NCBI GenBank assembly: GCA_010015805.1 | Contig: ML978123.1 | Location: 930,001 to 994,000 of the forward strand | Source of the DNA: Rhizodiscina lignyota | Taxonomy: Eukaryota | Length of the DNA: 64,000 nt | Direction of reading: 5' to 3' | Part shown: positions 1-14,966 of the stretch, piece by piece | How positions within the stretch are numbered: position 1 is the first letter of the stretch | Layout of the letters: each line of letters starts with the position of its first letter | Made by a program: the position numbers and the translations under genes | Notes under the pieces: model-generated | The model's database searches: none | What the model was told of the DNA's origin: nothing | The model's input: the letters and a program-made list of their open reading frames with translations, nothing else

Positions 1-2699
<2,699 letters not shown>

Positions 2700-2906
2700 G
2701 CATTACGAGGGGAATGGAGGACTGCGCGTATATCCAGGTTGCATTGGCCGGCGTCGTGATACAATTCGGTGGTGGTTATGGAGTATAGCTTAACGTTGTC
2801 TCATGTTTCCATGCGTAGAGATTCATTAATGGCAACATCAAGTGCGACGAATCGATTCGGCCACTTATCAGTGAACGTGCAGAGCAGAAGCTCCCATTCT
2901 AATTCG

Positions 2907-3556
2907 TTATTGTGCCTTCTCACCATCGACCATTCTCTTGACTTTCTCATACAGCATCTTACTCTCCCTTCCCAACTTCCTCTTCCCATCCTTGCCCGGC
3001 TGTCTCGCCTTTGCCATTTGCCGCCTCCACCTCTCCCTGTCCTGCAACTTCCTCTCGCGTTCAAGCTGTGCCTCTTCTCGCTCCTTGCGCCACTGTTCTG
3101 CCTCTTGTTTGAGTTTCTCCGCACGGCTCAGCTGCTTAGTGTATGGATTGGTTCGTTGTCGGCGTTCGCGAGCTCGCGGTTGTTCGGTTTCAGGAGCGGG
3201 AGATGCTGAAGCAGACCGATTAAGGAGAGCAGCTCGGTCGGGATGGGGTTCGAGGGTTGGTTCGGGTTTGGGAGATGCAGATTCAGGTGGGTTCGCATTC
3301 GACTGTCCGTCGTCGAGCTCGCGCGCGCGTACTTTAGCGTACTCCTTCTTTATCTTGGCTTTCTCGATCAGATTGCGCTTGATTTTCTGGACTAGAAGAG
3401 TGTTAGAATTCTTGCCCAAAAGAATGAAGATTGAGCGCTCGCACCTTTGCGCTTGTAAGTGCCATCAGGTAAATTCTGAGGACCGACTGAAAAGCCTTTC
3501 TTCTGCTTTTTGGATGGCTTGCTGTCGTCTTCTTCGCGATCCCTTTTGTGCGCCAT
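2907..3556 (-). CDS. FYV7: rRNA-processing protein, FYV7/TAP26 family
   Basis: Splicing intron 3392-3444 gives [57 protein letters not shown], with a basic coiled-coil C-terminus ([14 protein letters not shown]). I recall this as the fungal FYV7 pattern. Confidence 0.75.
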
Positions 3557-3952
3557 GGTAATGTTGGTCAAAGTGGATTGTCTTGAAGAAACTAGGATAA
3601 ATAATTCGACTTATCGGAGTAGATCATCGGAACTTGCCGATTTGGGTGAAAGCCAGGGCTACGAGAGATGAAGCTTAGCGCCAAATCTTGAAATGTTGCA
3701 CTTAAAGCGGAATAATTTTCACCCCGTCACGGGACGCACCCCATGACGGGATGAATAGTAGGTACTTTGATCTTTAGCAACTCGAACGCAGCGTACACAG
3801 CATTTAATGTCCTCAGTTCAGTTCATCCGTGTGCGGTGACCAGTTTCAAAGTTGGGCTTAGTACGCTAAGCCTATAGTAGAACCTAAGTAACTATGCTGA
3901 GTTATTTATTTCTATTATAGTTCTAATAATTTAATAACTTGCTCGAATAGAT

Positions 3953-5623
3953 CTACGGTTGGACCTGAGGGTCTAAAAAGAATGGTTCAAAATACTTCTG
4001 CGCAATATTAACAAGAGGCAGTAGAGTTCCATCTGGACCCGGTCCTTCCTTCGGGTTATCCGCGTAGTTAATATTCGGAGGTTTAGCAGTATCTTGCAAA
4101 TTGCAAGTACCACGCCAGAATGCCTCTATATTAGATAGTAATATTAGTATTAGAAGCATGTTTATTTCCGTTGGAGACAATAGCAGTATAGGGGGAAACA
4201 AAGAAATGAACATGAGACTTACCCATAACCATAACTGCAAAGGTGTCGGCATTTTGAGCGGCGATGGCTTTATTTCCTCTTTTTGCTAACGCACTAACCC
4301 CGGATCTGTAATAGCTTTCTCTTTGGAAATCAGCATCATCAAATATGATAGCATTAGTCCCTCCCGGAAGCCCGCCTTCTTTGGCGATGGCATTGACATG
4401 CGTTAGTTCATGACCTAGAATCTTCGACATTTCTCCAGTGTCGACATCCCATTCAAACCTTAGTTCTAGATTTCATATCAGGTCGCTGTCTGACTTCTTG
4501 ATCTCGAGTATGGCTTACGTTTTTTGAGGATGGAGCAGTGACCTTGTGGGTTTTGCATGTAATCTTCATTTTCCAGCGTCTCGCGGAAAAACTGAGGGCA
4601 AAGATATACGACTTCTGAGCACTGTTCGAGATCGGCCTCGCTGAATGCCAGCGGCAGATATCTCCACCTGCTATGGTCTGTTGTTATCGCTATTGCGCCT
4701 CCGACCACATCCGAGCCTTCATCCGAGCCGTCACTCGAGCCTCCGTCCGAGCCAGTACTGCCTTCTGGATCCCCTTTACAGTAATGAGGGCTATTGAACA
4801 GCTCATCCAAGGATGGATACCAACCATTTGTTGCGGCAGCTGTCGTTGTGGATGGAGGATTAACACAAATGAACTTGAGGGGTTGTCGATTGGCCTGGGT
4901 GATGTCCGCATTACGGGCCACTGCAGCGCGCATCTTCTGAAAGAAAGCGCCATATCCTGGTGGAAAATATCTCTTGTACGTAATTGAGTCTTCAGTCAGG
5001 GCCTTTGCAAAGTCCGAGTTCCACATCTCAGCGGTGAACGCAAGGGCCGATGTCAATATCTCCACTTGTTCATTGTCGCACAGTATTGTTTCTAATTGTC
5101 CCGCTCCGAGATTGCCTGGTGTAGCCGCTTGGGGAGCTGGACATGCTGGTTGATGAATATTGACCTGGTTGACGATGTTGACAACTGCTTGGGCTGGATT
5201 CAGGGCGCGCTCTACAAGACGCGCGGAATCCGTCGCCGCAGGATCCTCTTTTCGGGTTCCAGTGATTGTGAAAGGTCCAAAAGTTGCAGATGGGACGGGA
5301 ATAGACGGCGTTCCCTTTGGGTCTTCGTTTTGTACCGTGATCGGGGATGGCTGAGTACCACCGGTCAATGTCAGAGTGGTGGCAGCAAATATCACCGTTG
5401 CGTCTGCACCCACAGCGGTGGTAGTTTCACCGAAGGGAATCTGAATATCGCTTGCAATGGGGAAAAAGGAGAACACACAAGGGTTCGAGCATGCGGTTGC
5501 CGCAATTGAAGATGTGGTTTGACTGTCTCGCTTTTGTACAATGCGGGAAGGAAGTACAATAGCAGAACTAAAATATATAAAAAATGATGGGACAAATAAT
5601 ATGAACGTCTGTGCAGAAACCAT
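3953..5623 (-). CDS. Secreted HExxH metallopeptidase, M35/aspzincin-like
   Basis: Signal peptide and Kex2-like KR site; motifs YLCPQFF, ILGHELTH, a downstream Asp/Tyr segment and NADT. Two GT-AG introns (about 4466-4518 and 4127-4222) join three ORF-track pieces in frame. Confidence 0.75.
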
Positions 5624-6049
5624 ATTGAAGTGGTGATGATGTTAATTGACGGCTCTGAAAATAGTGCCAGGAAATCAACGATAGATGTCCCCATGAGCGA
5701 GAGGAGACTAGTTATTAACAATGAAGCCCCTCTTGGAGCCTTCAATTCGTAAATCTTACCTCATTGAAAGTGTGTCCGCTTGGATATTTATAGGTGTTAA
5801 CGCGTAGATTGGAGAAAGGTGTGCGAAATGTCTAACTTGCTCGCAACTCCGGTCGACAAATACCAAAAGTTGCATGGGATAAGCTATGTACTAATTTTCT
5901 AAGGGAGATCTCATCTTTTCCGAGGAAATATTTTCTAGCGCTTACTTATTAGAAGAAACCCTTATATAGTATTACGTTATTAACCTAACTAGTCTTAAGG
6001 TGTGTTCATCCCGTACACGCTAAGTTCTCGGAGAAGCTGTGGAGCCTAA

Positions 6050-6400
6050 GGGTCTGTTTACTCTACGCAAAATCCTAAGCTGGGTTTCGCCCCGGATTTC
6101 ACCTGGATTTCATGAGATTTTGGGTAGCTCAAGCTTTTGTAAATAAGCGCGTTAAAATTTGAAAATCCTAATCCTGTTTACTCTAGGAGTAAATTCTAGA
6201 GGAGGAGAACGTTTAATTAGGTTTAGCGGCTCGAATCTCGTAGAAGCACCGAAATCTCGAGTGGGATTTTAGGAGATTTCAGGCGAAATCTACATTAGGA
6301 TTCCAAAATCGCGAGTAAACAGGACCTAGATTTCGCTGGATTTTGCGATATCTCGATTTTTTTTGGCCCTAGCGAAATCTAGCGCAGAGTAAACAGACCA
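6050..6400. mobile_element. Non-autonomous TIR element (MITE), PIF/Harbinger-like
   Basis: 18-bp inverted ends GGTCTGTTTACTCTACGC (6051-6068) and GCGCAGAGTAAACAGACC (6382-6399) with one mismatch. TAA lies on both sides, one base outside the matched arms. Internal GATTTC/GAAATC motifs and no ORF. Confidence 0.75.
6171..6325. mobile_element. Second related MITE nested inside the first
   Basis: 13-bp inverted ends ATCCTGTTTACTC and GAGTAAACAGGAC with one G/A mismatch, flanked by CTA at 6168-6170 and 6326-6328. Confidence 0.6.
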
Positions 6401-6738
6401 TAATTAGGTAATCGCAGCGTTTTAAACGATGTAACCGCGTAAGTAAACTCTTCTACTTCTTCTATTTCCTTATTCTCCTAGTTTTATAAGGTAAATAGAA
6501 TAAGAGCGAATACGAAATCTTCTATTTTTACTTTGTAACACCATGTAGTTTACATAGAGTCAAGTGCTGAGTAGAGCTATATACGATCCGATACCAATTC
6601 TAATGTCGGAGATACCTTTTAATCATCTATTTTCGTCGGCTTATTATAAACTTAGTCGTTGAGAATTCCCATACATATTAGAAAGTGAATTGGCACACAT
6701 CCTCCAATGTGCTAAGGCACAAGCTCATTCCAAACATC

Positions 6739-8919
6739 ATGCTACTCAAACTTTCAGTTTTTGCGTTGTGTCTCGCTTCCACTGGCCTGAGCAAGTCTTT
6801 GGAAGCGAGGTCTACATTACCGAGCTCATTAACATCTAAAACCGTGAGACTTAGCACGGGTCTCTTTTCAACCTTCTCAAATCCAAACGGCTCGGTCATA
6901 ATGACGAGATCCAGCTTTTCCACAATTATCTCTGACTCTTCTACTATTACCTCGAGCTCTTCCACCATTGGTACTTCTGAGTCTTCAACCAACGGCGCCT
7001 CTGACTCCTCTACTACTACTACCTCTGAACCTTCAACTAAGAGCAACTCCGGCACTTCAAATGTTGGTACCTCAGGCTCTTCCACTGGTAGCATTTCTGA
7101 CTCTTCGAGTCTCGGCGCCTCTCGCTCTTCTACCATCACTACTGGCTCTTCTACTATCACTACTAGCTCTTCCACCAGTTCATCAGACTCTCCTACTAGC
7201 CCGCCAGGCTCATCTACTACCCGTACCTCAGGCTCTTCAAACACCATCTCCAGCGATTCCACTATCACGTCAAGCGCTTCCACTAGCAATGCAATTATCA
7301 TAGGGGGAGGATTGCTACCTACATCAACATTTACCTCAACCACAGCAACACCTGATGCATCGCTTGTGTCCGCTGCACTCGCTTCCGCCAGCTCTTCGCC
7401 ACATAAAGTAACCAGCAAGAAAAGCAAATCTCACTCAGCAATTTTTGGGTTCTTGCTCCTGCCTTTTGATACTGTGAAAAGCCTAGGATTGCCATCTCTG
7501 GCACTTGGGACTGCACCTGTCGTGGCATCTATGTTCATCTCAGGGATAACCATCCCAGTGACTATAGCCGGTGCTGCAGCTAGTTCACTGAGTGTCACGT
7601 TTCCAATCCTCTCATCTGCGGCTGAGCTCGCTTCCTTTGACGATTTTTTTGGTCCAGATGACTTTCCAGAACCCGACGGCGACAATGGAAATCCCTCATC
7701 TTCAGGACCTTCGGGCTCCTCAAAAACGTCAGGCTCTTCCTCGTCCTCGTCCTCGTCCTCTTCATCCTCATCCTCTTCATCCTCAGAGAGTGAAACCCAG
7801 ACGTTGACGATATCCGAAACCATTAAGGTTACTGACTTGTACGGGTTTCCAGAATCGCTACAAGCAGTCCTCACCGTTTCTGTGGACGAATTTCCCCTTG
7901 CTACGCTTACAGAAGAAGCGAATTCCACGACAGTGTCGGGCATAACAAGCACAGACTCTTCAACCTCGGCGAGTGTAAAGTCTACCTCCGCGAGCGTGAC
8001 GTCCATTTCAGGGAGCAAAACGACCTCCATCTCAGCGAGCACAACGACTACCTCAGCGAGTGTCACACTAAATTGCCAACAGAACATTCCAACTACTTCT
8101 GGTGCCCCATCTCCTTCGGATATTGCCAATGCACTCTCCCAGGGATTTGAATCTGTCTGCAACGCCACATTTGATGGCTCAGGGGATTCAACCCATGAGA
8201 CGTTTAATCATGGCAGTATAAACATACTAGTGCAGCGGGAGTCTAGCACGCAGAAACTTGAACATTGCATGGAATGTCTAAATGACATCCTCAATACCTG
8301 TATTCTTGGTAGCCTTGACTATGGCGGTATAGCCAAGATTTCAGGCGAACTCTATAACATCAGCAACATCATCTTCCCTGATAACCCGCTCATCCCAGGC
8401 GCTGATCAGGGAGCACCACCTGTATCAACAACCACGCCTACATCGACGACATCGACGACATCGACAACATCGACAACATCGACAACACCACTCCCGTCAA
8501 CGGCATCATCGACGACCACAATGCCCCCGCTCCCGACGATCACAAACTGCGTCAGCGCTTGCGATCAAGGGATCAGATGGTGTTGCAATTTCTCCGGCGA
8601 TCAGCAAAGTAGTTGCTTTTCGCAATTATCTGGTGCAGGCGTGTTGGCTTCAAGTCCGCAAGATGCATGTGGCGCTTCAAATGATGGAACAATATCGGAT
8701 TGCGAAGGTGTAAGTAAAATCAAGTGTCGGGTTATATCAGCCCAAACCTTGCGATCCGACTTGATACTCCTTACTAACTTAGGCGTTATCAAATAGATTT
8801 GCGGACTTTCCCCCGACCAGGGCCCGGATACTCCGGATTTGAGCGGTTCGCATCAACAAGAGGTATTTCAAAACATTCAAAGTGCGTTTAATTTCCCTGG
8901 CGCGGAACAAACGAGTTAA
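6739..8919 (+). CDS. Secreted Ser/Thr-rich (mucin-like) protein with two Cys-rich domains
   Basis: ATG at 6739 starts a signal peptide (MLLKLSVFALCLASTGLS). Long S/T tracts, a central hydrophobic segment, a domain with C..LNDILNTC...YGG...Y and a terminal Cys cluster. Intron 8710-8796; stop 8917-8919. Confidence 0.75.
8440..8487 (+). repeat. Coding 9-bp tandem repeat ACATCGACR x5 (Thr-Ser-Thr)
   Basis: Read directly from the sequence. Confidence 0.85.
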
Positions 8920-8941
8920 GGAAATGGAGATGAGAGGAAAT

Positions 8942-9470
8942 TGTTACGATCGACGGATCGAACATGGGCTGTGACCTAGGGTTAGGGTTGGTCACTCTGA
9001 TCACGCTGGCCCAGCCCGGTGATCAAAGTGACTGAAGAAAGGAACAGTTGATATTTAACCTAGGCATCTTGGCCTCTCATTACAAGATGCGTTTAATCTA
9101 TGATTCAATTGAGGACCATACTCTAGTTGACTGTCACGGAAGTGACACTATTAGCCTCCCAAGTCACATAACCCGCATCACGTGACCAAGCCACGCCCGA
9201 ATATATCTATGTACATAGCTTCGTTCTGTTTTCGCTCTCTATTCGAACGTCTTGTTTGCTTAGGCTACTTAACGAGCTAAGGCCTCGCCGTCGACATGTA
9301 CGAACACGACTAATAGTTTAATATATACTTATTACAACTGCTTGTACGATGGCGCCAACAAAACAATCGACGACAAGCCAATGCCGCAGCAGTTCCGGTT
9401 GCATAGGGTGTCCTAAAGGGGAGAAACGGCAATAGAACAGTGCGACACCAGCGATATCATCGTAGACCTA
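8942..9470. mobile_element. Possible degenerate solo LTR(s)
   Basis: Starts TGTTACGAT and ends with an imperfect inverse (ATCGTAGACCTA). GAAAT lies at both flanks (8937-8941, 9471-9475). A second LTR-like start, TGTCACGG, is at 9132. Non-coding. Confidence 0.35.
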
Positions 9471-9739
9471 GAAATGAGAGACTTTGGAGGTCGAAACTGT
9501 GAAGTCGTCCCGTGGAGTGCGTCCCGGGACGGGGTGCAAATCATTACTAGCTCGTATTTAAATTATAATGGGTTTGCAACCATTTCGAATGTTTTCAACA
9601 CACAGTCAACTGGAACAATAAATCTATCCGGTAGTATTGAGAGGTTCAAATCCGTTTCTCCTATTGCCTAGCTCGGAGACTAAGTGTCTCCCAAAGCGGC
9701 AGATCTTCGAGTAAACCCGTGCTTGTGATTCATCAAAGA

Positions 9740-10369
9740 TTATATCAACTCCAGCTCCAGCGGGTCTACGGACGAGTTGGCTTTGCCACGGTTGATGTCC
9801 GGACAGGATTGAAGCTGACAAGGTCCTCCAGTATTGCTGGTGACGTGCTTGTGCCTCCACAGCCAACCCATCTCATTCTGCTGAAGAACGCCTTGGCCAA
9901 ATTCGCCTTCGCAATTGAACTTCTCATGTTTCACAATGTTCTCATATTCCGGGAAGTCATCTCTCGGACCAATCCAGAGTATAAGTTCTACACTATCATC
10001 ACCGTAAGCAGCCACATATTTCTCAACCAGCTGTAGATCTCTGGGGAAGATAAACATCCACGCTCTTGCCGTCCTCGCGCAGGAGGAAACCTGCCATGTC
10101 CCTTGCACATAATGCATCTTGTCTTCTGGAAGGTATTTACGCTCGTTGCGGAAACTGGCTACTTCAACGCATTCGAGATGGCATTCAGAGGTGGTATGAC
10201 TTAGGAGCGCTTCGAGAAGGGCGAGTCCACTGCCTATGGAGGCTGTGATGCCGGGCGCCTCGGATATAATGAGGCTCATAGCTTGTATGAGACCTATCGA
10301 CAAGAATGTGCAACTGCCGTAATGCTTTGTGGGCTCGTCCGTGAGCGTGGGAAGAGGGAGGAGATCCAT
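9740..10369 (-). CDS. Uncharacterised protein with SAM-methyltransferase-like motif
   Basis: SIGSGLALLEALL (motif I-like), then VEV, KYLPE, GTW, WMFIFPR and LWIGPRDD. Likely start is MDLLPLP at 10369. Confidence 0.65.
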   Translation of the reverse strand: MDLLPLPTLTDEPTKHYGSCTFLSIGLIQAMSLIISEAPGITASIGSGLALLEALLSHTTSECHLECVEVASFRNERKYLPEDKMHYVQGTWQVSSCARTARAWMFIFPRDLQLVEKYVAAYGDDSVELILWIGPRDDFPEYENIVKHEKFNCEGEFGQGVLQQNEMGWLWRHKHVTSNTGGPCQLQSCPDINRGKANSSVDPLELELI

Positions 10370-11194
10370 GCTTATGATTCGGACGTTGTAGAGATATTCA
10401 TCTCTTATACCATTAGACAGGATCGCTATTGGATGCACTCGAGGTACACCAAAGCGTCTTGTGTCTTCTTCATGGTGGATCGAGTACGTCGAAGGTCAAT
10501 CTGCCATGACGTGCAGCTCGAGGAGGTCGTAAGAATTGCGGTTGGCCAAGCGGATTCAGCGGCTCCTATAATATACCTAGAACCGTCAGTGATGCCTTAG
10601 CGTCCTTATTGGGCGTTCAGATACCTCAATTGCTCTGGCAAGGAAGTATGCTTGTCGTTGATCAAGACAGCGAGTGTCATGTGGGTTAGACCATGTGCGC
10701 AAAAAGTGGGGCCGGAAAGCTGCATGCCATTTATGAGCTTCCGCTTCATCTTCCTCCTATCACAAGCGCTCTGCCACAGCTTGCCACTGAGACTATGAAT
10801 GTTGGTCAACGTTGGGTGCAATCGTTTTTGGAATATGAGCGATTGAATTGGTACGTTACTGTCCTTTCACTTTCGTCTACTTCAGATCCTGCTATGGGCA
10901 ATAGTGTGATCTTGCGCCTGATATCATCGTGAGAGAACGAAGCAAGGCTCCAAGATCATGTACGATATGTTTCATTATCTATTGCTATTCCTCGCATCTT
11001 GTATTCCTACTATTTCTGTGAATATGGAGTCTATCTAGCACATCTTGAGAGCCTACATGTCCTGTTTTCTTCCCTCGGGTCTCTACTTCGGAGATTTGCA
11101 AGCAAAATCGCATGACGCCTTCATATTTACTTTGCAAAGGCCCTAACAATAATACTAATAATCATAAGCAGATAAAGCTCGAGGCGCCTTCACA

Positions 11195-14126
11195 ATGGGC
11201 AGAAATCCATTTGCGTTTCGCACGCTACAAGTGACCATCTTCATCCTGGTCGTCTACATTGCACTTTTCGCAACACTACTCACTTTCCACAATATTGTCC
11301 CTCCTGCCCCATCAAATGTCACGCCTTCTCCAGGAATCAACCTCACAGAAGCATGGTTTGACCTGAAAGAGCTATCAAATGGCTTTCGACCTTACAATAG
11401 CCGTCGAAGCGACGAGGTCCGGGACTTTTTACTGCTTAGAATCGAGAGTATCCTCAAGCGCAACAATGTATCATACGCCACAGAATCCTCTTTGGAGTCT
11501 GGACTCTACGCTCCGGAGAATCTGGCTGCTTCAAAAGATGTTGTTGTCTATAATGACATGACCGCAAATCTGACGTATTCCAATTCGGACACTACCGTCT
11601 ACTTTGAAGGAACAAACATCATCGTCCACGTCCTCGGGGAGGAAGAGAGTGATACCAGCGGAGTTCTAGTCAATGCCCATTATGACAGTGTTTCCACAGG
11701 TTATGGTGCCACGGATAACGGAAAGGGGGTTATTAGTGTTACGCAGCTAATATCTCACTTCACAACTCCTGGTAACAAGCCCAGAAGAGGCATTGTTTTC
11801 CTCCTGAACAATGGCGAAGAAGACTTCCTGAATGGGGCTAATGCGTTTATGCGGCACCCCATCTCCCGATACCCACACATCTTCCTGAACCTAGAAGGTG
11901 CCGGTGCTGGAGGCCGAGCGATATTGTTTAGAAGCACGGATACTGAAGTCACCCGATTTTACAAAGCTTCACGCCGACCAGTTGGATCAGCTCTCTTTGG
12001 TGATGGCTTTAATCGAGGAGCCATTCGGAGTCAGACGGATTACATCGTATTCAACGGCCGACTTGGTCTCCGTGGTCTTGACGTTGCGTACTATGAACCT
12101 CGGGCTCGCTACCATACCGTTGAAGACTCAACGAAGTTCGACTCGGTTGACTCTCTGTGGCACATGCTGTCCAGTTCTCTGAGTACAGTAAAAGCTATGA
12201 CATCCGATACTGGCACGGAGTTTGACGGAGAAGCTCGAGATGATGGTAAAGTCAACAGCGGCAAGGGCTCAGAGGGCGTCTATTTTGACATGTTTGGTCG
12301 TGCACTCGCTGTCTTCCAACTACATACGCTTTTTGCTTTGTCAGTCACACTTCTTGTCGTGACACCGATCGTCTTGATTGCCATTCACATTGGATTGGCG
12401 AAATCCGGGAAATGGTATCTCTTTGCTCGCAGAAAGCTTGTCGAGATTGATGGGCAAGAGGTCCAAATCGACTTTCTTGGCTGGCGGGGCTTCTTCAGAT
12501 ACCCCGTTGCTTTCGTGGTCTCAAGCGGTGCGGTGGTGGCTTTGGCATTTCTTCAAACAAAAGTCAACCCGTTCATCATTTACTCTAGTGAATACTCGGT
12601 CTGGGCGTAAGTATTTCCTCATGTCGTGTGTCTCGAGCCTGCTGACGATTCTGTGAAGTATGTTCCTGTCCGTCTGGATCTGCTTCGACTGGTTCATATG
12701 TGTTGGAGCTTACCGGATGCGTCCAACAGCTCTCACGCGCATCTACGCCCTCATTTGGACATACATTGGGGCCTACATCTTGCTCGTTGGAGCCACAATC
12801 GGCGAAAACAACCTGAAGATCGCCAGTGGCTATCTTTTCGTATTCTATTTTGCCGCTGTCTTCTTTGCGCTTTTGATCTCTTATCTGGAAATGTTCGCAC
12901 TGCCATCGAAAGAGACCTATACACTTGGCGACAAAGCACCCGTGGATGGAGAAGAAACCGACCACAGACCCTCAGAAGAGAATGAAGAAGAACCAACTGA
13001 GCGTACATCCCTCCTTCGTGGAGACCGCCAGGGCACATATTCTGGTTATGCCGCGCATCGGCAGGCATCAGAAGATCATGATGCTACCGATGAACCTGAG
13101 AATGATGGTACTGCTGGCAAAGAAGGCAGCCACGAGCAGCTTTGGGCCAATAGTTTCCCCAGCTGGACTTGGATATTCCAGTTTCTCCTCTTTGCGCCTA
13201 TCAACATCATATTGATGGGACAAATTGCTCTCGTTATCACCACTGGGCTAAAGCAGACTCCGGCAGATGGCAATCCGGTCCTAACTATCTATCTAGTAAT
13301 TGCGGCGTTCACAGTTCTCCTCCTCACGCCGCTGAAGCCATTCATGCACAAAATCCACGGCTACGTCCCCATATTTCTCTTCCTGGTTCTTGCTGGCACT
13401 TTGATATACAACCTCGTCGCCTTTCCGTTCTCATCACAAGCGAGACTGAAGTTTTACTTCATCCAACGAGTTGACTTGGACTCTGGCTTAAATTCCGTCA
13501 CCCTTGCTGGGCTTGATGGCTATGTGCAGTCCATCATATCAGAACTCCCTTCCGCTTCTGGACAGCCACTCAACTGCACATCGTCGCCGTCTCGTATTGG
13601 CCTCACTCAATGCTCGTTCCCAGGCCTGCCACCTAACGTTGCTAAGGGCGCCAATCCGTGGTTGCCACCAGGTGTCCCTCCGGAGTATGGATACAAAGAT
13701 TGGCTCAATTATACGGTGAAGGCTGTGAAAAACGAGTCAGCCGCAGTCTTCACAATCTCAGCTGCAAACAGCCGGGCCTGTCGGATAGATTTCGCTCGCG
13801 CGATATCTGCCGTCAATGTTACTGGCTCGGATGTTGACCCCCGTCTTCCACCTGTTGGAGATCACGGGGCGAAGGATGTGCGGTTGTGGCATCGTACTTG
13901 GGAAGACCCATGGGAGGTTGCGGTGCGTTGGAAACCGGGCAGTCAAGATGAGAATGATGAATTTGGGGATGGCATGGAGGGGAGGGTTGTATGTCTTTGG
14001 AGTGATGCAAATACGGCTGGAGTTATCCCCGCTCTGGAAGAGATATGGAGGTTCGCCCCAGCATGGGCGGTAGTGTCAAAGGCGGCAGACGGGCTGGTGG
14101 AAGGTAGCAAGGCTTTTGTGGTGTAG
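11195..14126 (+). CDS. PFF1: Vacuolar membrane M28 metalloprotease
   Basis: M28 zinc motifs NAHYDSV, GATDNG, NNGEED, NLEGAG and RYHT, followed by many transmembrane helices. Intron 12607-12658 joins the two ORFs. Confidence 0.9.
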
Positions 14127-14966
14127 TACGAGGTAGGCCATTCTGGACTGCAGGAGGGCTGTAATGGAACGTACAGGTAGGGTTGGACACAGGGTATCTG
14201 ACTATCTGTAACAAAGTTTCTTTCCCGAGGGAAATGGTTCAGTTCCTAATGCGGCGCTTAAGGTGGCTTTTATGCAACGATTTGAAGCATTCTCCTGACT
14301 TCATTGAACCCAACGCGTTTCTTGAGTACATTTGTGCGACCGTGCTATTCCCGAAGCTACATGTCTCACAGAAAGTCAAGACGCTTGGGGTTTTGGTTTT
14401 AGCGCCCATAGGTCATGTCTGTGCACGTGGCTGTGGCCATTTCAATCTTCCGGTCAAGTGTGCCAAGCATCATCAACGGCCCAGGCCGTGAAGTCCGCCA
14501 CGCCATTGCTTCATGTCCTTAGCGTTTGCTTGTTTCCGCTGCCTTGGCGTACGGAATGCAGTCCCTCTTCACTTCCCATTAAACTAATTCAAGCATATTT
14601 AAAACCCTAGAACCCAGCAACACCACGATAGAGCCGGAATTTAGCGCACCCCGTGGGCATCACACGACCAAACAGGGTGCTGGGACGTTCAGCTTCAAGC
14701 CACATCTAACCCGCAATGGACGAGTGTGGTGCCACCTCGCTTCCCCTTTTCTTTGCAGCCAATGCTTTCAGGGCAGCTTGATTGTGTGGTTGTTTCATTA
14801 TATTGCTGCATTCCTCAAATAAAGATGGGTTTCCCTAGAGATCTCCTCAGTTGCGACAACAGTCTTCCAGCTATATCTATCAGTTGAATTCCTCCTTCGC
14901 AGTGCGAAATCGTGTTCTCGTCGCTCGCTAGTTTTTATTAATATTGTCTTATAAAGTCATTCCATC

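Noticed and set aside
8977..8989. TTAGGG-like sequence as a telomere
   Set aside because: Only about two units and internal to the window; not a chromosome end.
3750..9480. Island as a Starship element
   Set aside because: No tyrosine-recombinase captain gene in the window, and the island is small.
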